Assembly (NCBI RefSeq): GCF_022539665.2
Contig: NC_081331.1
Span: 496,001-560,000, forward strand
Reading direction: 5' to 3'
Origin: Daphnia carinata
Taxonomy: Eukaryota
Length of the DNA: 64,000 nucleotides
The translations under genes were made by a program, and so were the position numbers. The notes beneath the pieces are model-generated. The model did not search any database. It had not been told where the DNA came from and was given only the letters and a program-made list of their open reading frames with translations. The number at the start of each line of letters is the position of its first letter. The first letter of the stretch is position 1. Below are positions 38,801-53,496 of the stretch, one piece after another.

Positions 38801-41800
38801 ATGGTAATGCCCAAGGCGGAATAGCGCATGTATTATGCATTTTTTTTTATTTGTATATATTGATTTGATTTTTTTTTTAGGTTTTCGGTCTTTTTGTAGG
38901 GGAAAAAACCGTGGGACTTGAAAAACCAATATTTGAAATACCTTTTTTTCTATTCCCCCTTTTTTTTCTCTGTATGTGTGTTTGGGATGTTTTGGGGCTG
39001 TTGGGGTTATAACACACTCAGCGGGATCTGTTTGGTTTTCTATTCAATTTCGCCTCTCAAAACGTCAAGGGTGTTTGGTTTTGCCCTTCACCCCCTTCAC
39101 GATTTATGAGAACGATTATTATTCACTTATTCATTCAATTCCACCAACAGTTAGAAAACACGTGGATGTTTTTTTTTTTAAAGCCTTAAAGTAGGAAAGA
39201 AAAAAAGAATTTGTTTATAGATTTATGTTGTAGAAGAAATTATTTTTAAGTATTCGTGTGGATGTGGAGGATAAGGCACATGGGTCAAGCTGTCAATAAC
39301 AGCATGTAAAAGGAATGTTTTGTTTATCGGACCGGGAGTCAATAAAATTTGATGTACAAAGAAGATTTAGAAAGTCGGGGTTAAAAAACAAAGGACAGGT
39401 GGGCACGGGCCTGCAAAGTAGCAACAAATCGAATGGAATGACGAAACGGGAGCCCGTTTTTCTCTCGAATTTTATCCGAGCAAAAGTGAAGGGAGTCGGC
39501 ACGATGGAAGAACTCGTCTCGAGTTACACACATCACAGGCACTTCTTCTATCTCATCCGCCGCCGCCAGTGAAGCCGCCACCCTGTTTTCCAACGACGTT
39601 GTTGTCCTTTTTGGCCTTGTGTGTATAAAAAGCCAAGTTTGAAGTACAGGATTTGGCCAAGACCATCAATGTGCATAGAAAATGCCGACTGTTTGACAAG
39701 CTGCTCTCTTCTCGTTGTCAAACAAACAATTTCAGCCGGTGCTGTACGATGTATACACACACGCACTTGGAGCCGATTGTTACCGGATAACGAAGTAAAC
39801 ATCTGTAGGTTAGCATCTTCGCTCATCATTTTTTTTTTCTCAAGTCTTTCTTTAGCACATCAACAAATAAAAAGTCCATTTTTTTTTTAAGGATAAAATT
39901 GTTTACACCTGATTGACTCCAGCTGCTGTTCCAAAAATAATTGTATGATAGTTAATCAACCTATTGATTAACGAAGAATGATGCTCTGTGATAACGAGTG
40001 TCGCCAGTCGCTCCTTGTGTGTGTGTGTCAAGAGATTGTATTTGACAACTGAAAGAGATTATACTCCGGAACCTACAAAAAGCCACAAGAAGAAGAGTTT
40101 TCTTTTATCTTATCGTTATATTCCTGTGCTTTTCAAAAACACACATACGGATTCTTTCTTTTGACACAGACCGCTGTACATCTTTCTCCGGAAATTTTTT
40201 TTAAACACAAACCCCTCTTTCGTTTAAATGCAAAATGACTATAAATGTTCGTACATTTTATTTATTAGTGAGCCATTGCACGACTGCTAGATGACATTGT
40301 TCACGCTCCCCATGATCAGAAAACAAAGGCCATTTCGTGATGTGTGAACAAGAGAACCCCCCATGACTGTAGGGGAAGAAATGGCGACGAAGAAAACTCA
40401 TTTTTTGGTTATTAAAAAGCTGTTAAAAGGCCAAATGTCGTTCGTCAGGGAGGTCCCTATGTAGTTCAAGAGACCTGATATCTACCCGAAACAGATGCAA
40501 AACAGCAAACGTTTGGGTCGGAAACATGACACGAGGACATCAATACCAACAAAAAGCCTGCAGACAAGTAGAGGACCACACAAACTCTTTCTTGTGCGCG
40601 GTTGTTCCATCATCGCCGACATCGAGCCATCTTTATAGACATGTAAAGTCAGTCTCGTCGCATGCATATAATAACAATAGTCCAACCCTCCAAGTTTATT
40701 GTCGACAACTCCCACATTCAAAGTGGGCATAGTCATGCTAAAAGGGAAAAAAAAGGTCTCCTCGATGCGCGTAGTCTAATTATCATTATTAAAAGCATTA
40801 CTTCTAGCAGGAATTTTGGAGACCCCTCCCCATCGTTGGGGCTCCAGCTATGTGTCAGAGGGATTTTTTTCAAACAAGAACAAACACAAAAAAAAAATAC
40901 GTTTCTAGTTGGATGACCTGTATGTGTGGCCATTTTTTATTATTCCCTATTATCTAGCAACAGCTTTCGTTCTCTCGGAGGAGAAACAACACACGCACAC
41001 AAACCACAACAAATCCGAACCATTGCGGATTGCTTTATAATTTCTCCCCTCAAATCGTCTAATTACCCCTGGCTGCTCTGGTGGCCAGCGTAGATAGCCT
41101 CTCCATCTATTTGTGTATGTTCAACCACCCCCCTTCTTTTCTCTTTATTTACCCAAGGCATATACACACATATAAGAAAGATGAATAGGAACAAACCCCT
41201 CAGACAAGAAGAGCAGTCAAAGAGAATAGGTACAAAAAGAAAAGGTTCCCCTCACATACACAAAATATAAGAATAATAAGGTGGAAGAAGAACAAATTCC
41301 AAAGCCCCTCATATCTCTTGGCTCTGTGTGGTTATTTTCCCATTACCCATGCCAGTGTTTAACTGGCGAAAAAAAAAAAAAAATGAAATATATGTGTAGA
41401 GAGATAGAATAGATACATATGAATGTACTGTGTGGACCCCCCTGTCCAGCATCCGCACCAGTAACTGCAACGCGCGCGCACAAGGCCCCGCGAGGATTTT
41501 AACTATTCTTATGGAGGAACCGGAATTCCAGACGGGGAAGCACCAATTCTTTTACCTTTATAGTTTCCAAACCTTTTTTTTTTTTTGTGCTTTGTTTTAA
41601 AAAGGAACCACTCGCTAAACGTTCGAAAAAAAAAATGCCTGTCAAAGATGAGGCCGGATTTTTCTAGTGAAACAAAAAATCATGCTCGTTATCGCTGTTG
41701 ACCAGAAACAAACCCTCACAAATCCACAAGGTCTCTCTCCCTCTGCCATTTTTTTTTTTTAGGGTACATAAAACGGAGGTACAAGTATTTTCCCTCTTTT

Positions 41801-43143
41801 TCGCTCGAAATTCCGCGCCGGAGTGATGACCCAGTCGCGCCAACGTTATCACTCACAGCAGTTTCTTTTTTGCCTACATGTACCCAACTTTGAATAATTA
41901 GAAAAAAAAGGCCGATAAACTCAAAGTAAAAAGACTCTAGAAAAAAAATGTCGTTGATCATTCCCGCCCATAGGCAAATGATTGCGTTGTGTGTCGTCAA
42001 CCCCCCACCGTGGTCATGTCGCCGTTGTGTCGAGGGGATGATACAAGACACGCCTGTGGGTTGCAACCGCGGTCCGTCATCGTCGATTGTCGCGTGAAAG
42101 CGGTAGGACGGACTGCATGATGATGTGGCGTGTCTTTCGAGATTGTGTATCTCATTGACCAATTTTGCGGTAAACCTTGGAGCGTGACTGAGTGGATTAT
42201 CTTTCATTTTCAGGTAGCAGTTGAAAGAAGAGGAACAGACGTGGCGCCATGTTCTTCTCGGCCGATCAGTTCCCACTGGAACTATTTTTTTTTTTTTGTT
42301 CTCGTTTCTCTTTTTTTTTCAAAAATTCTGCATGACAAAAATGACACTCGATTGCAATCGATTGTATTTCAACACGAAAAACACAAACAAATTTGCAATG
42401 TGAACCAAATGGATAAAAGAAATCTGTGTAAACTAAAAAATAAAACAAAAGAAGGGCGATTTATCGCGCTTTATATAGCGAGAAACTGTCGGCGTATGTT
42501 CCAGACGTATCTATGTCGGGATCATTTTTTTTTTTAACATTTTCTGTGTTCTGTATAAATGGGCTAAATAAGTGGGTGGACAAAAGGCCCTGGAATAAAA
42601 CACACATCTATAAATGGCACATGGAAGAAGGTGGTGCGTCTATCTCTATGAAAAGCAGATGGTGATAATTAGATAAAAGATAAAAAAAAAAAGGGGGAAA
42701 TGAACGCGGAGACGACGACGAACAGGAGGAGGGATCGAACGCGTCGGACTTGAATGGCCGAGAGATAATAAAAAGCGGATTGGGGGTTGAAACGGATGGA
42801 AAAATAAGAAAGAAAAGAGGAAGGCCAAAGCTTAAAGCCAACCAATAGCGAAGGAGGTATCCTTTTCCTATTTGCGGCCCACCCAAAGGGCTCCTCTACC
42901 CCCATCTTGGGCTCCGACGGTCCGTCTCCACCACTAGAGACTTGCGAAAAAAAAACATGATATCTATCGGATCGTCTTCACTCTCCAGCATCAGTCGTTC
43001 AAGTATTTCAGCCCAGTGCGGTTGTCTTCCGCATTTGCTTCTTCAAAGTGTGTCAAAAACATTTGACCAGAGTGTGTGTGACATTGTGTGTGTAGTGAAC
43101 AACTGTTTGCTCGTGTGTGCTCAAAAGGACATTTGAAAATAAA

Positions 43144-44822
43144 ATGGATGCGACTAAGATATCTAATACACGTGAGGATGACATTCATCAATTGGCAATC
43201 AGTGCCGGAAATCGATTTCCAAATGAACGGAGACCTTACGGTATGTTTGATAAATCATACCGAACAAGTGATTCGTTCGTTCAACTCACCTGTTGACATT
43301 TAACTTATTTCTCATTCGATTAACAACAGAATTGCCTCCAATGGGCCCTGGATCGCCGTACCAACTTCCTCCTTCAGCAGCAGCTCACAGTGCTTCGGCA
43401 GCAGCGATGATGGCCCATCGTCATTTGGCCGCCGCTGCCGCCGCTTCCGTCAAGAGCGATCCCAACATCAAGATTTCTCTGGAAAACGCCGATTTGTGGC
43501 AGCAATTTCACCAGATTGGCACCGAAATGATCATCACCAAGTTGGGAAGGTGCGTCAGCCGTTTGTGATCCAGCTGTTGTTTCAGCCATTTAATCTGAAA
43601 TTTAATTTGAAATTAGACGAATGTTCCCAACATTAAAAGTCAATTTAAGCGGTTTGGATCCCAACACAAAGTACTTTGTACTTCTGGATCTCGTCCTGGC
43701 CGATGATTCTCGATTCCGCTTCAACGCGGGTTGGTTGCGTTCCGGCAAGGCTGAACCTCAATGGCCATCACGGATTTACACACATCCCGACAGCCCGGCC
43801 ACCGGAGCTCAATGGATGAAACACGAAGTGTCTTTCCAGAAAGTCAAGTTAACCAACAACACGATGGATCAGCAAGGCCATGTACGTAAAATGTGATAAG
43901 AAAACGTTGCATAGACAAAGATTATAATTGATTTGTTCTACAGTTGGTACTCACATCTATGCACAAGTACGTGCCACGCATCCACGTCATTGCAGCATCA
44001 GATTATGCCAGTCTTCATTGGGGAATGCCCACCACAATTAACACGGCGGCTTTCAACGTTTGCAGTTTCATTGCTGTCACAGCCTACGCTGTAAGTTTTC
44101 AAAACGATTTTTTTTTAGCGAATTTCATTTTGACATTAATTATTTGTTATCGCAGAATGATCGAATGACGCAATTGAAAATCGATAACAATCCGTTTGCC
44201 AAGGGATTTCGCGAGAACGGCCAACTGCGTGTGAAAAAGCGACAATTAAGAGACATCTCACCTGGTAAGATCATTTGAATATGTTGTTCGAACATCTTTT
44301 TGTACTCATTTCTTCTGTTTGATTTGCATAGATAATCGTAAAAAATCGCGTCCAAGCAGCGCGTCGAGTTCACATTCATCACTGAACATCACCGATGATG
44401 AATGTAATCCACCGACGGCTCCGGGAGTCCATCAAGAGTCCGTTACACCACCACCTTCGTTGACGGTAACATCGCCAGTGAAATGTTCCACCAATTTCTC
44501 CATAGCCCGTCTAGTGGGAGAAACAACTAGCCCGGCACCTATCGTTTTCAAGCCGGAAATGCATCAACATCAGCCAACATCGTTTCATCATCTTCATCCA
44601 GCGATGCATCCGTGGATGGCTGGTGGACATCAACATCCTCATCATCTCAATCCATACTCTTCGGTCTTTGCTCCAAGGCTGGCCGGCTGGTCCCACCACT
44701 TGCCCTTGATCCCCATGATGCACTTTTCTTCCATGTTCCAGCACGGTCCCCATCACCTGATGATGACGGGCCCCAGTTCGGCTTCACTCACTGGAACTCC
44801 AAATGCAAACAAATTGTTTTAA
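43144..44822 (+). CDS. Doc: T-box transcription factor, Dorsocross/Tbx6-like
   Basis: [48 protein letters not shown] and [20 protein letters not shown]. Subfamily assignment is from recalled similarity. Confidence 0.8.
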
Positions 44823-45192
44823 TTTACACGTTCTTCGTTGTCCCTCTATTTTCTCTCGTGTATTCCCTCTAGTCAAAGGGGTATGCCGCATCACGTGCCT
44901 TCGCTCCGCACTCCTGTTGATAATTGTATTATTTTTCACGTTGAATAATCAAACACAAATGTCACAAATATCGTTATATTCTATTAGCACAATGAAAAAA
45001 GTGATTTCATGATCATGTCATTTCTTTGATCGATTATTACACACAAAGCAAAACAAAAAAAAACAATTTAATTCATTTATTCGTAGTTGAAGGTAGAGGC
45101 AAAAAATTATTATCCATTTATTGATTTAGTTGCAACAGGAGGATCGAATAAAAACGCCATATATCCGGTTTCATTTCCCTTCTAGGATGCAG

Positions 45193-48009
45193 CTACTTTT
45201 TATCGCCTTCAATCATGGCGATCACCTTGGCTCGAATACCCTGTAATAAAAAAAGGTTAAATAATTCAGGAAATTAAAGTAACAACCCAAAGGTTTAATT
45301 ACCTCAGCAATTTTCGCGAAAGCGGGCTGAATCGTCAGTAATTGCGACGGCAGTGGACTCGAAGCCTCGGAACAGCTCTTGGAAGCAGCAGCGTCTATGA
45401 AAAAAAAAATTATAATTTAAAATTTAAATGCATAAAACGAGAGGGCCTTTTACCTGCTGCAAGTTTACGAACAGCGGACGTAATCGGTGAAACCCTGGAC
45501 TCACTGGCTGATCGACTGCTGTCCATACGACTTCTACTTCGGCTTCTACTTCGACTGAGGCTATCACTTGCTGAACGACTACGAGATCGATGACGACGCT
45601 TCTTACGTAATCGATCACGACTGTGGCGTTTCTTCTTCTCCTTTCGGCGCCTGTTGAAAATAAATCGAAATTAAAAAGGTGAAAATATAGGAACATTTCT
45701 AAAGCTACCTGTCACGACTGCGATGTTTCTTATGTTGACGTCTGCGTCTTTCAGGTGAAGGACTTCTACGAACGGGTCTAGTACGACTTCGACTTCTCTC
45801 TCTACTTCGTCGCCTTGTTCGACTCACGCTTCGATGTCGTGTTCGACTTCGACTGCGTGTCCGACTACGACGACGAACATCTCGTCGTTTTCTTTCCGGC
45901 CGACTTTCGGATGGAGAGCAAGACAACGAACGGCTAAATAATAAACGTCAGTTTTGTTATCAACAGGCAACGATATACACAACACACCTTCGTGATCTTT
46001 CTCGTCCCTCTCCAGAAACTGCACCAATGATCTCTATGTCATCAGGACTGCACGATTTGCTATTTTTCGTTGAGCTACTTGTAGATTCAATGCCTATCGG
46101 ATCGGCATCTTCTATTGCACTTTTACCTTAACATATAGTAAAATAAGGACATATTTTCGATAATTTTGAAGTAATAAAGTTTATTAGTACCTGTAGCCTT
46201 GTCCCTTTTCATTTGATCTAGGAATAAAGCAGCTTTTTTTCGACGTTCCGTCTTCATAAGTTCAGGATCAATAGCACAACGCTCTGCAGGGCTTTTCTCC
46301 CTGACATCAAGTTTTATATCTGTGGACTGGTTGGGTGTTTCTGATTGTTTGGTTATTTCCACGTTCAGATTCATGCTACTGTACAGGGATAGTTTCTGAA
46401 TGTAATAACCATGGAAAGCATGTTCCGGGTTGAGAAAAACAAAACGTGGGTCGCCTTGTTGAAAATAATAAAGAAAAGATTTTTAAAAACATTTATCAAA
46501 AACGAATTCAGGCGAATGTAGTACCTTTGCTTTGAACAGCAGATTCAAGGTGGCGTCCATTGCGTGACATATAACTTGCCGTTTTATCCATTAGAAGACG
46601 AACGTCCAGTGACGGTTGTATAGGCTGGACATCTTCGGTAGAATCTGTCTCGATTGCACGATGAACAGCCTGTTCCTGAAACATTAAGATTGTTACGATT
46701 GACTTGTAAACAGATTTCAGATAGTTGATCAACTGACTGAAGCTTTAGGTTGTAAGCTAGGATGTAAGTAATTTTCGTTTTCACTGTCAGATTCATTAAC
46801 ATGTCCATTGTTTTTGCATTCTTCTTTCTCGTCATTTTCGACAGGATCTTCGGCTGGAACGACATAACTTCCATTCCGTATGGCTGCAAGTATATGACGG
46901 TAAAAAGGATGCAAGGCGGTGTCAAAATGTAGAAACTGAAACATGGGGTTGTTCGCCTGCTTGGCTTTGACGATAATCTCCATTTGAGTTCCATGAGAGG
47001 AAATAAAGTTGGCAGTTTTTTCGACAATCCTTGCTAACTTTTGTGTTGGTGGCACAACGATGTCTGGTGGTACATCAAGCATAGGTGGAGGTACGTAGAC
47101 GGCATCACCCAACTGCCCAAGCGTTGATTGAAGGGGTGCTTCTTTTGGGCTCAAATTCGGACCATCGGCCTGTTTTGACAATACCTTTAGTTAAGCTTTA
47201 TATATTTTCATATGGAAAGGAAAAGATACGAACCTCAGAAGAGGTGTTGTAGCTAAAGGGAACCTGATGATACGAAACTTCCTCAGATGTTACTTCATTC
47301 AGTTCTTGGTTAAGCCTTTTGATTTCCTCTTCTTTAATGACAGCCTCTTCCTCTTCATCTTTATAAAGTGCGAAATAGCGTTCCTCATCACACAATCTCT
47401 CAATGCGCTTTTCTTCAGACGTAAGCCCTTCGGTGCGATCGTAGCCGCCTTGGGGGGTTTCGTGCGATTTCAGGTCAAACAACGTGCCTCGCGCATCATA
47501 CCTGTAAATTTGAAGAAAATAAAACAAGTTAACAAAGAATCTGATACCACAGAAAAGGCAGCAATCAGCACACACTGAGGAAAAACAACACAATTCGATC
47601 CAAACCTTCATTGTTCAAGTAATCCAAAACTTGTGCTGCAGATGTTGGGCAACAATTCAGCTCAGAAATTTTGTCTTTGAATCTAAGCGCACCCAATAAA
47701 TCCTGTTGGAGTAGAGTCTGACACATTAGTGAGGATAAATTATTTCAAAGAAGCATCAGGACCAATCCTATCAGGGAAGCAAGAAGGGAATATAAAATGT
47801 TTGAGCCACGCTCACCTATCAATCTTGATTGAATCATCTCCCATCCATGGTATTAGCAGTTTCCCTTGATCAATTTCCGCTGCTTTCTCGTCGTCCCGAA
47901 ACAATTTGCAGGCGTATCCAAACACTAACAAATCTTCGAATTTATCTTTTACTTCGGCTTCAGCTAGCTGTTTGTGATGTCGAAGTACTCCACGTCGCGG
48001 CACTGCCAT
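45193..48009 (-). CDS. SFSWAP: Splicing factor suppressor of white-apricot homologue
   Basis: [37 protein letters not shown], two SURP domains, an RS domain and C-terminal AKVIAM. Confidence 0.93.
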
Positions 48010-48564
48010 GGCGTTCTGATGGATTCTTCATACAATTGATACTCATTCAGTAAAAGAAATATGGGCTATGATTTGAATTCCTTTTACTTGGCCACCGACG
48101 TAACTCCAATAGAATAGATAAAATCGTTTGACTAAAACATGTGTACTACGACGATTGATGCAAATGAATCCAATGCCTACTCACAACACCAAATGCCTGA
48201 TCAACGATCGTCTGCTAGGGAATGCTTTGTGTCGCATACAGCCGGAGTCCGGGATACGGTTAAGAAAACATATTGATAAATCGACTTATTCTTGCATTAC
48301 TGATCGATTTTTTTCCTGGCCGTTGATGAACAAATCATGGTCGTTGAAAGTCAGTGTATTTTACCTAGAGACGTCCCTTCCTAGCGGGTAAAAAACGACG
48401 TAGTGGGCTGACATGCATGCATACAGCTAACAAAAAAAAAGGAATGTACCCGGCCAGTTACTCACAAGAAAGGGACTTATTTGGAGAGAAAAATTTCTCT
48501 TCATAAAAAAAAAGATACGAGAAAAATTCTTCAAAAAACCTAGATGTTCATGTCTCGCAAAAAG

Positions 48565-51500
48565 TTACAGTTCAACATGATCATCTTCTAAAGGATTAGT
48601 AGATTGTTCAGTTTCACTGTCTCCTTTTGTGTCTTCTGCGTCTTTGTCTTTCTTTTCGGCACTTTCTTTTTTCGCTTCATCCGTGGTATCGTTGGCCTTC
48701 TTGTCGAACTCCTTTAGTTTCTCAGCTAACTCTTTCAGACGTTTTGTTCGTGCATTTTTTGCTTTGTTCACAAGCATTTTTACCTGAACATTAACATTAG
48801 TAAAGCACCGTTTAAAACTGATTTCCCTTGTTTGTTTTTCTTTTACCTCTTTATCCATAGTATTCATTTTTTCTGCGATAGCCCTAAGCGTGAGAACAGG
48901 AGCCTCGTATAACGGTGCGTCTTTTTGCGCCAGCATTTTCTTATCCAACCAGGACTGCCACGTGAATATTCGAAACGTTATACAACCAATAGAAAAGAAA
49001 ATATTTTTGGTGTAGTATCATACTTGGTTATCTTCAAGAAGCGTTTCCAGTCCGTCGAGATCGTCGTCATCTAGATATTTTTCATCGGGAGTAGCGTTTC
49101 TTAACTTACTCAAAAAATGTGTTGAAACATTCAGGGCGTTTTTGAATGCTGCGATAACCTCAGGTCGGTCTCGATGTTCACGGTGTCTCTCGAACATTTC
49201 GCCAGTAAGATCTTTCAACACTTGCAGCTTTTTCTGATATTCCTTTGCTTCAACATCGCTCCCATCGTCATAGAGCCACTCTGAAGTCTAAATTATCATT
49301 CGGTTCAAAATTTAGAAATGACAGAGCAATATATGTTATTAGCAAAAAAAAAAAAAAAACGTACTTCAGAGCATTTTTCCAAAATTTTTGTGCGGTCTTC
49401 TTCAGTCACAAGTGCCTGAAATTCTTCCTGGCTCAATTTATCCTGGATTTCCAGAATGAAAGTCTCTAGATTATTCTGTGCTATTTCTTTTTCTTTGCGA
49501 GCGCGATCCTTTTCGTTCAATTCGTTAATTCTTTGCAGGAAAATAAAAATCGGAGTTAGTAAATGTTAGGTTATTCTTCTTAGCATTTGTAAAACTTATT
49601 ACCTTTTCTGGACCAGGGTGAGAGATGCACCAGTAAGATCCTGAAGATCAAGGACAAATTCTGTTTTGCTAATCTCTTCTTTTATGATTTCAACTTTTGG
49701 TTTCTTTTCTTGTTTAGTACTAGTGTTATTCTTTTCTGTAGAATTGGAGCCCTCTGTACTGTTCGTTCCGTCGGCTTATCAAATCAAATTTAACAGCGTT
49801 ATAAACAGAAGATAAAATGTGAAGATAGAAGTACATATAGTACCTTGAGTGTTATTTGCAGCTTCAGGTTGTTCTTCAACGACAGGATGGATTTTTTCGA
49901 ACGTACTTTCAACTGTGCTAAGACCAAGCAGTCCACTATCATCAATAGAAAAGTGCGCTTTTATGCCCTTGAATTCGGCACCGTCATCTTGGTGCTTAGC
50001 CAAACCAATGGCTATGCCACTAAGTTGCACTCTGGTCAAGTTAGTCGACCCTATAACGGCTACTTCCGATTCCGGCAAAGATGACATATTTCCGTAATTG
50101 ACGTAGAAGGTAAAGTCTTCATGGTGCTTATTGAACGTCAGAACCTTTTTCTGTGGATAGGGGTTCATGGCAGGGAATAGCGTTCGACGTACAATTTTAA
50201 CAACTTTTTTGTTGTCCTCTCCGGCATCTAGCTCACGTTCGAAATCGACCTAATTTGCCAGGTGGATTGCTTTAGTTTCTAAACTATTAATGCAGATGGT
50301 CGACCGTACCTCGATGGGAAACACCACGGCATCTTTCGTCATGAATTTCTTAACCTGGAAACCAGTGCTCAAGTCGGCTGCTCGATAAACGGCACCCAAC
50401 GCTGCAGCTTCGTCCGCATTCAAATTCTTGCCAAGTTCCCGTTTCGTGAATGCGGTCAAAACTTCTTGAACCTTCGGCATACGAGTTCCAGCTCCTACTA
50501 TGATAATATGACCTATTTCGTCCAAAGTAAGCTTTGCTGATGCCAATGCGCGCTCGATCGGAACAGTAACTCTTTCAAACAGGTCAGAGCAGAGGTTCTC
50601 CAGCTGTTCGCGCGTCACCTATTAAAAGTACTTATACGTAAAAAACGATTCTTTTAAGACATTTAGTTGCTGAAATTTTCTTACCTGATAACGAAAATCT
50701 TGTTCATCAAGCAAGTTTTCCACTTGGGCGTAATGATCGACATTTGCACTCAGAACATTTTTTACTCTTCCGGCTTCCTTAAATAGTTTGGCCATAGCTC
50801 TCGGATTTTGGAATACATCAGTTTTAGTTTTCTTCATTTCATTAAAAGCTTTGCCGAGAAAATCGCGTAACCTAATTTGGATTTCCAAACCACCGAGCGT
50901 GCGATCATAGCTGCAGATTGCAATGAGATTAGCGAACCCGTCGAATCGAAATTAGCCTGATAACATACCCAAGACCAATCACGCTAACTTGTGGATGATA
51001 TTCTGCGTAACCCTTTTCTTTCGTCTTAACAACTTGGTAGCTAGCAACTGTAGCTACGGTGCTTGAGGCGCCCATGTCGTAGAAGAGGATATTCTGGGCA
51101 GTTTCATTGAAATCCTTTCGCCGGAAAATACCATAGTCCAAGGCTGCGGCAGTGTTGCTGTTGATAAGTTGTAGTACTGCAAACAACACGGAATTCATTT
51201 AAGATAAATTTATTAAATGACCAAGTTTTGCTCGATACCTTTGATTCCGGCAAGTTCTGCGGCCTTCAACATTGCCCTGCGTTCTGCTTGACCAAAGAAC
51301 GCAGGTACAGTTATTACAGTTTCTGAAATTTGTTGCTGCGCAAAGCTTTCAGCGTATTCCTTCGCTTTTGTCAAAATCATGGCAACAAGTTCTTCTGGGC
51401 TGAATTTTGTTTCACTGAATAAAAATGAAACATGTTTTCAACATCCTAATTATAATTCATTTTAACTTAAATAATGGGGAAAGTAAACCACCTATCATGT

Positions 51501-51943
51501 TGAAAAAGCAATGTCTTCCTTTCAGGATCCTCCACAATATTATAATATGGAAATCTTTTCTGATAAAGTTGGACAAGTGGATTGTCAATACTTTTCCCCA
51601 AGAGTTCTAGAAGATAGAAGTACATATTGGGAGGGAATTTCACTCCAATATTGTATGCATCTTCTCCAACAGTTCGCTCATCATTGCGGAATGCAATGGC
51701 AACAGGAGTTTTCCTCTTTGATTCTTTATTGAGAACAATTTCCATAGGTACACCAGGCTATAAAATATTATTATAATAGACATTTAAGAAAGGATAGGTA
51801 TATTCATAACTGACCGAAACAATTGCAATTTTCATCCATTCACTTCCAAAGTCCACACTCATAACTGCCAATCCTTGCACTGGATTCCAGGATACGGCAC
51901 ATAATGCAAGCAGGCTTAAACAAAGAAATTGTGACCGTGCCAT
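48565..51943 (-). CDS. HYOU1: Hypoxia up-regulated protein 1 (GRP170), ER Hsp70-family nucleotide exchange factor
   Basis: Signal peptide, [55 protein letters not shown] and C-terminal HVEL. Confidence 0.95.
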
Positions 51944-52240
51944 TTTCTTTACCTGTGTCAAAAGAAAACAAGTTAAATACTTCAAAAGTGTCAAACAAGT
52001 ATTTGACAAACTATTTCCCTAGAAAATAATCAAACTAATTAACTTACAAAAACAATAAATTAATTCTCAAACTGAAGATTTGAGCGACAAACTGTAAACA
52101 CGTTCACGAAAATTAGATCAAGTCTTGCATTATTCTTAGATCCACGTATTAAACTGAAGTTCTTAGACTTCTTACTCTACCGGCAACTGCAACAATAAAA
52201 TCGTGCAACGATGACACTACACTCAATGATATCAAACGTT

Positions 52241-52251
52241 GCCACGTGTCA
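52241..52251 (-). promoter_or_regulatory. UPRE-like bZIP site (TGACACGTGGC)
   Basis: CCACGT-core motif upstream of HYOU1. Confidence 0.5.
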
Positions 52252-52508
52252 AATGGTGATTGAAGGTGCGCGAGTCGCTCCAGGAATGGTTGGTGCCTGC
52301 TGGACGTCTAATGTCTGTAGAAGAAACAAGGTACAGTTAACTTAGTTTAGCTTTTAGACTAGGAATTTCAATACTTCTTATTACTACAGAAATAAACATA
52401 TGCTCTTGCATAAATATCTCAATAGAACAGAGACAAAATAGTTTCTCTATTAAAAATAAAAAGATGTACTACTTATTGCATCACGCTAAACGAAACAGCG
52501 CAAAATCG

Positions 52509-52527
52509 CGTGGATTTTTCTGATTGG
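52509..52527 (-). promoter_or_regulatory. ER stress response element (ERSE)
   Basis: Exact CCAAT-N9-CCACG (CCAATcagaaaaatCCACG) upstream of HYOU1. Confidence 0.75.
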
Positions 52528-53496
52528 CTGGCTGCTGGGCCTATGTGCAACATATATCTCTGGAAACGAAAACATTTTTCCCGCTTTTAAAAGTGCCATG
52601 CAACTCGGCTTCTGGATAAAGAGGAATGATGAGTTAATTAAATGTTGGTAAAACAGATATTTAACTTTTGACTGTTTAACGGTGAGTATACTAAGAAAAA
52701 ATAAAATTCTAGAATCTGCCAAAGTAATATTTTTTGTTGGTCCCTTTTTTCTAAAAAAATCGATTTGGCAGATAATTCAGCATAAGGAATGAGGACAATT
52801 TTACACCTTTTGAAATGTTACACATTGATGAAATGGCATACGAGGTTACATACACGCTTGGAAAATGACAGTTTGGGCGTTTTAATGGCTGTATATTAGG
52901 TTATCGATATGTATGCTCACCTGAAGTGAGTAAAGGAAAGATCATCGTGGAGTCTAAGAATGGTGATATGCAGACAGTTGGCAACTTAATTTTTAAAATG
53001 ATTGTGTGGATCAGCTTGTCTAACGCGACAGTTTGACGTCAATACTGTAGCCTACCTTTAACTTTTCAGTATGCTTCTCAGAACATTTATTTTTTAGTTA
53101 TTTAGGTTATCACAAAGTTATCTTTTAGTATCAGGCATCGTCGTTTTTAGTTTTTTGAAGTGCCTGATGTTAAGAGTACATCGAAGCAGACCGCTGTTGC
53201 GTTATTAAGCTTAGCTTAGCGAGATTAAAGCTGCTACCGAAGGTAACCACCACATCTACCCACATCGACTGTTGCAACTTGGAAAAATTTCATAAATAAA
53301 ATTAGATGCGTGTTTAGGTGTTAATTGGGACATTAAATAGCATTTTTTGCTTAACTGCAGACTTGCAGTCGTGTCTCGTAGTCCTTGTCGTTACCAGCAG
53401 TTAACTGTTCATTAAAATTTTTTGTTCTACTCGCCAGCCAAACACTACTAACAGTAGTATTTCATAATACAAATTATTACTCTTTCTACAGATAAG

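Noticed and set aside
36600..43100. Many short ORFs upstream of the T-box gene
   Set aside because: Homopolymer- and microsatellite-rich translations without domains; better explained as cis-regulatory DNA.
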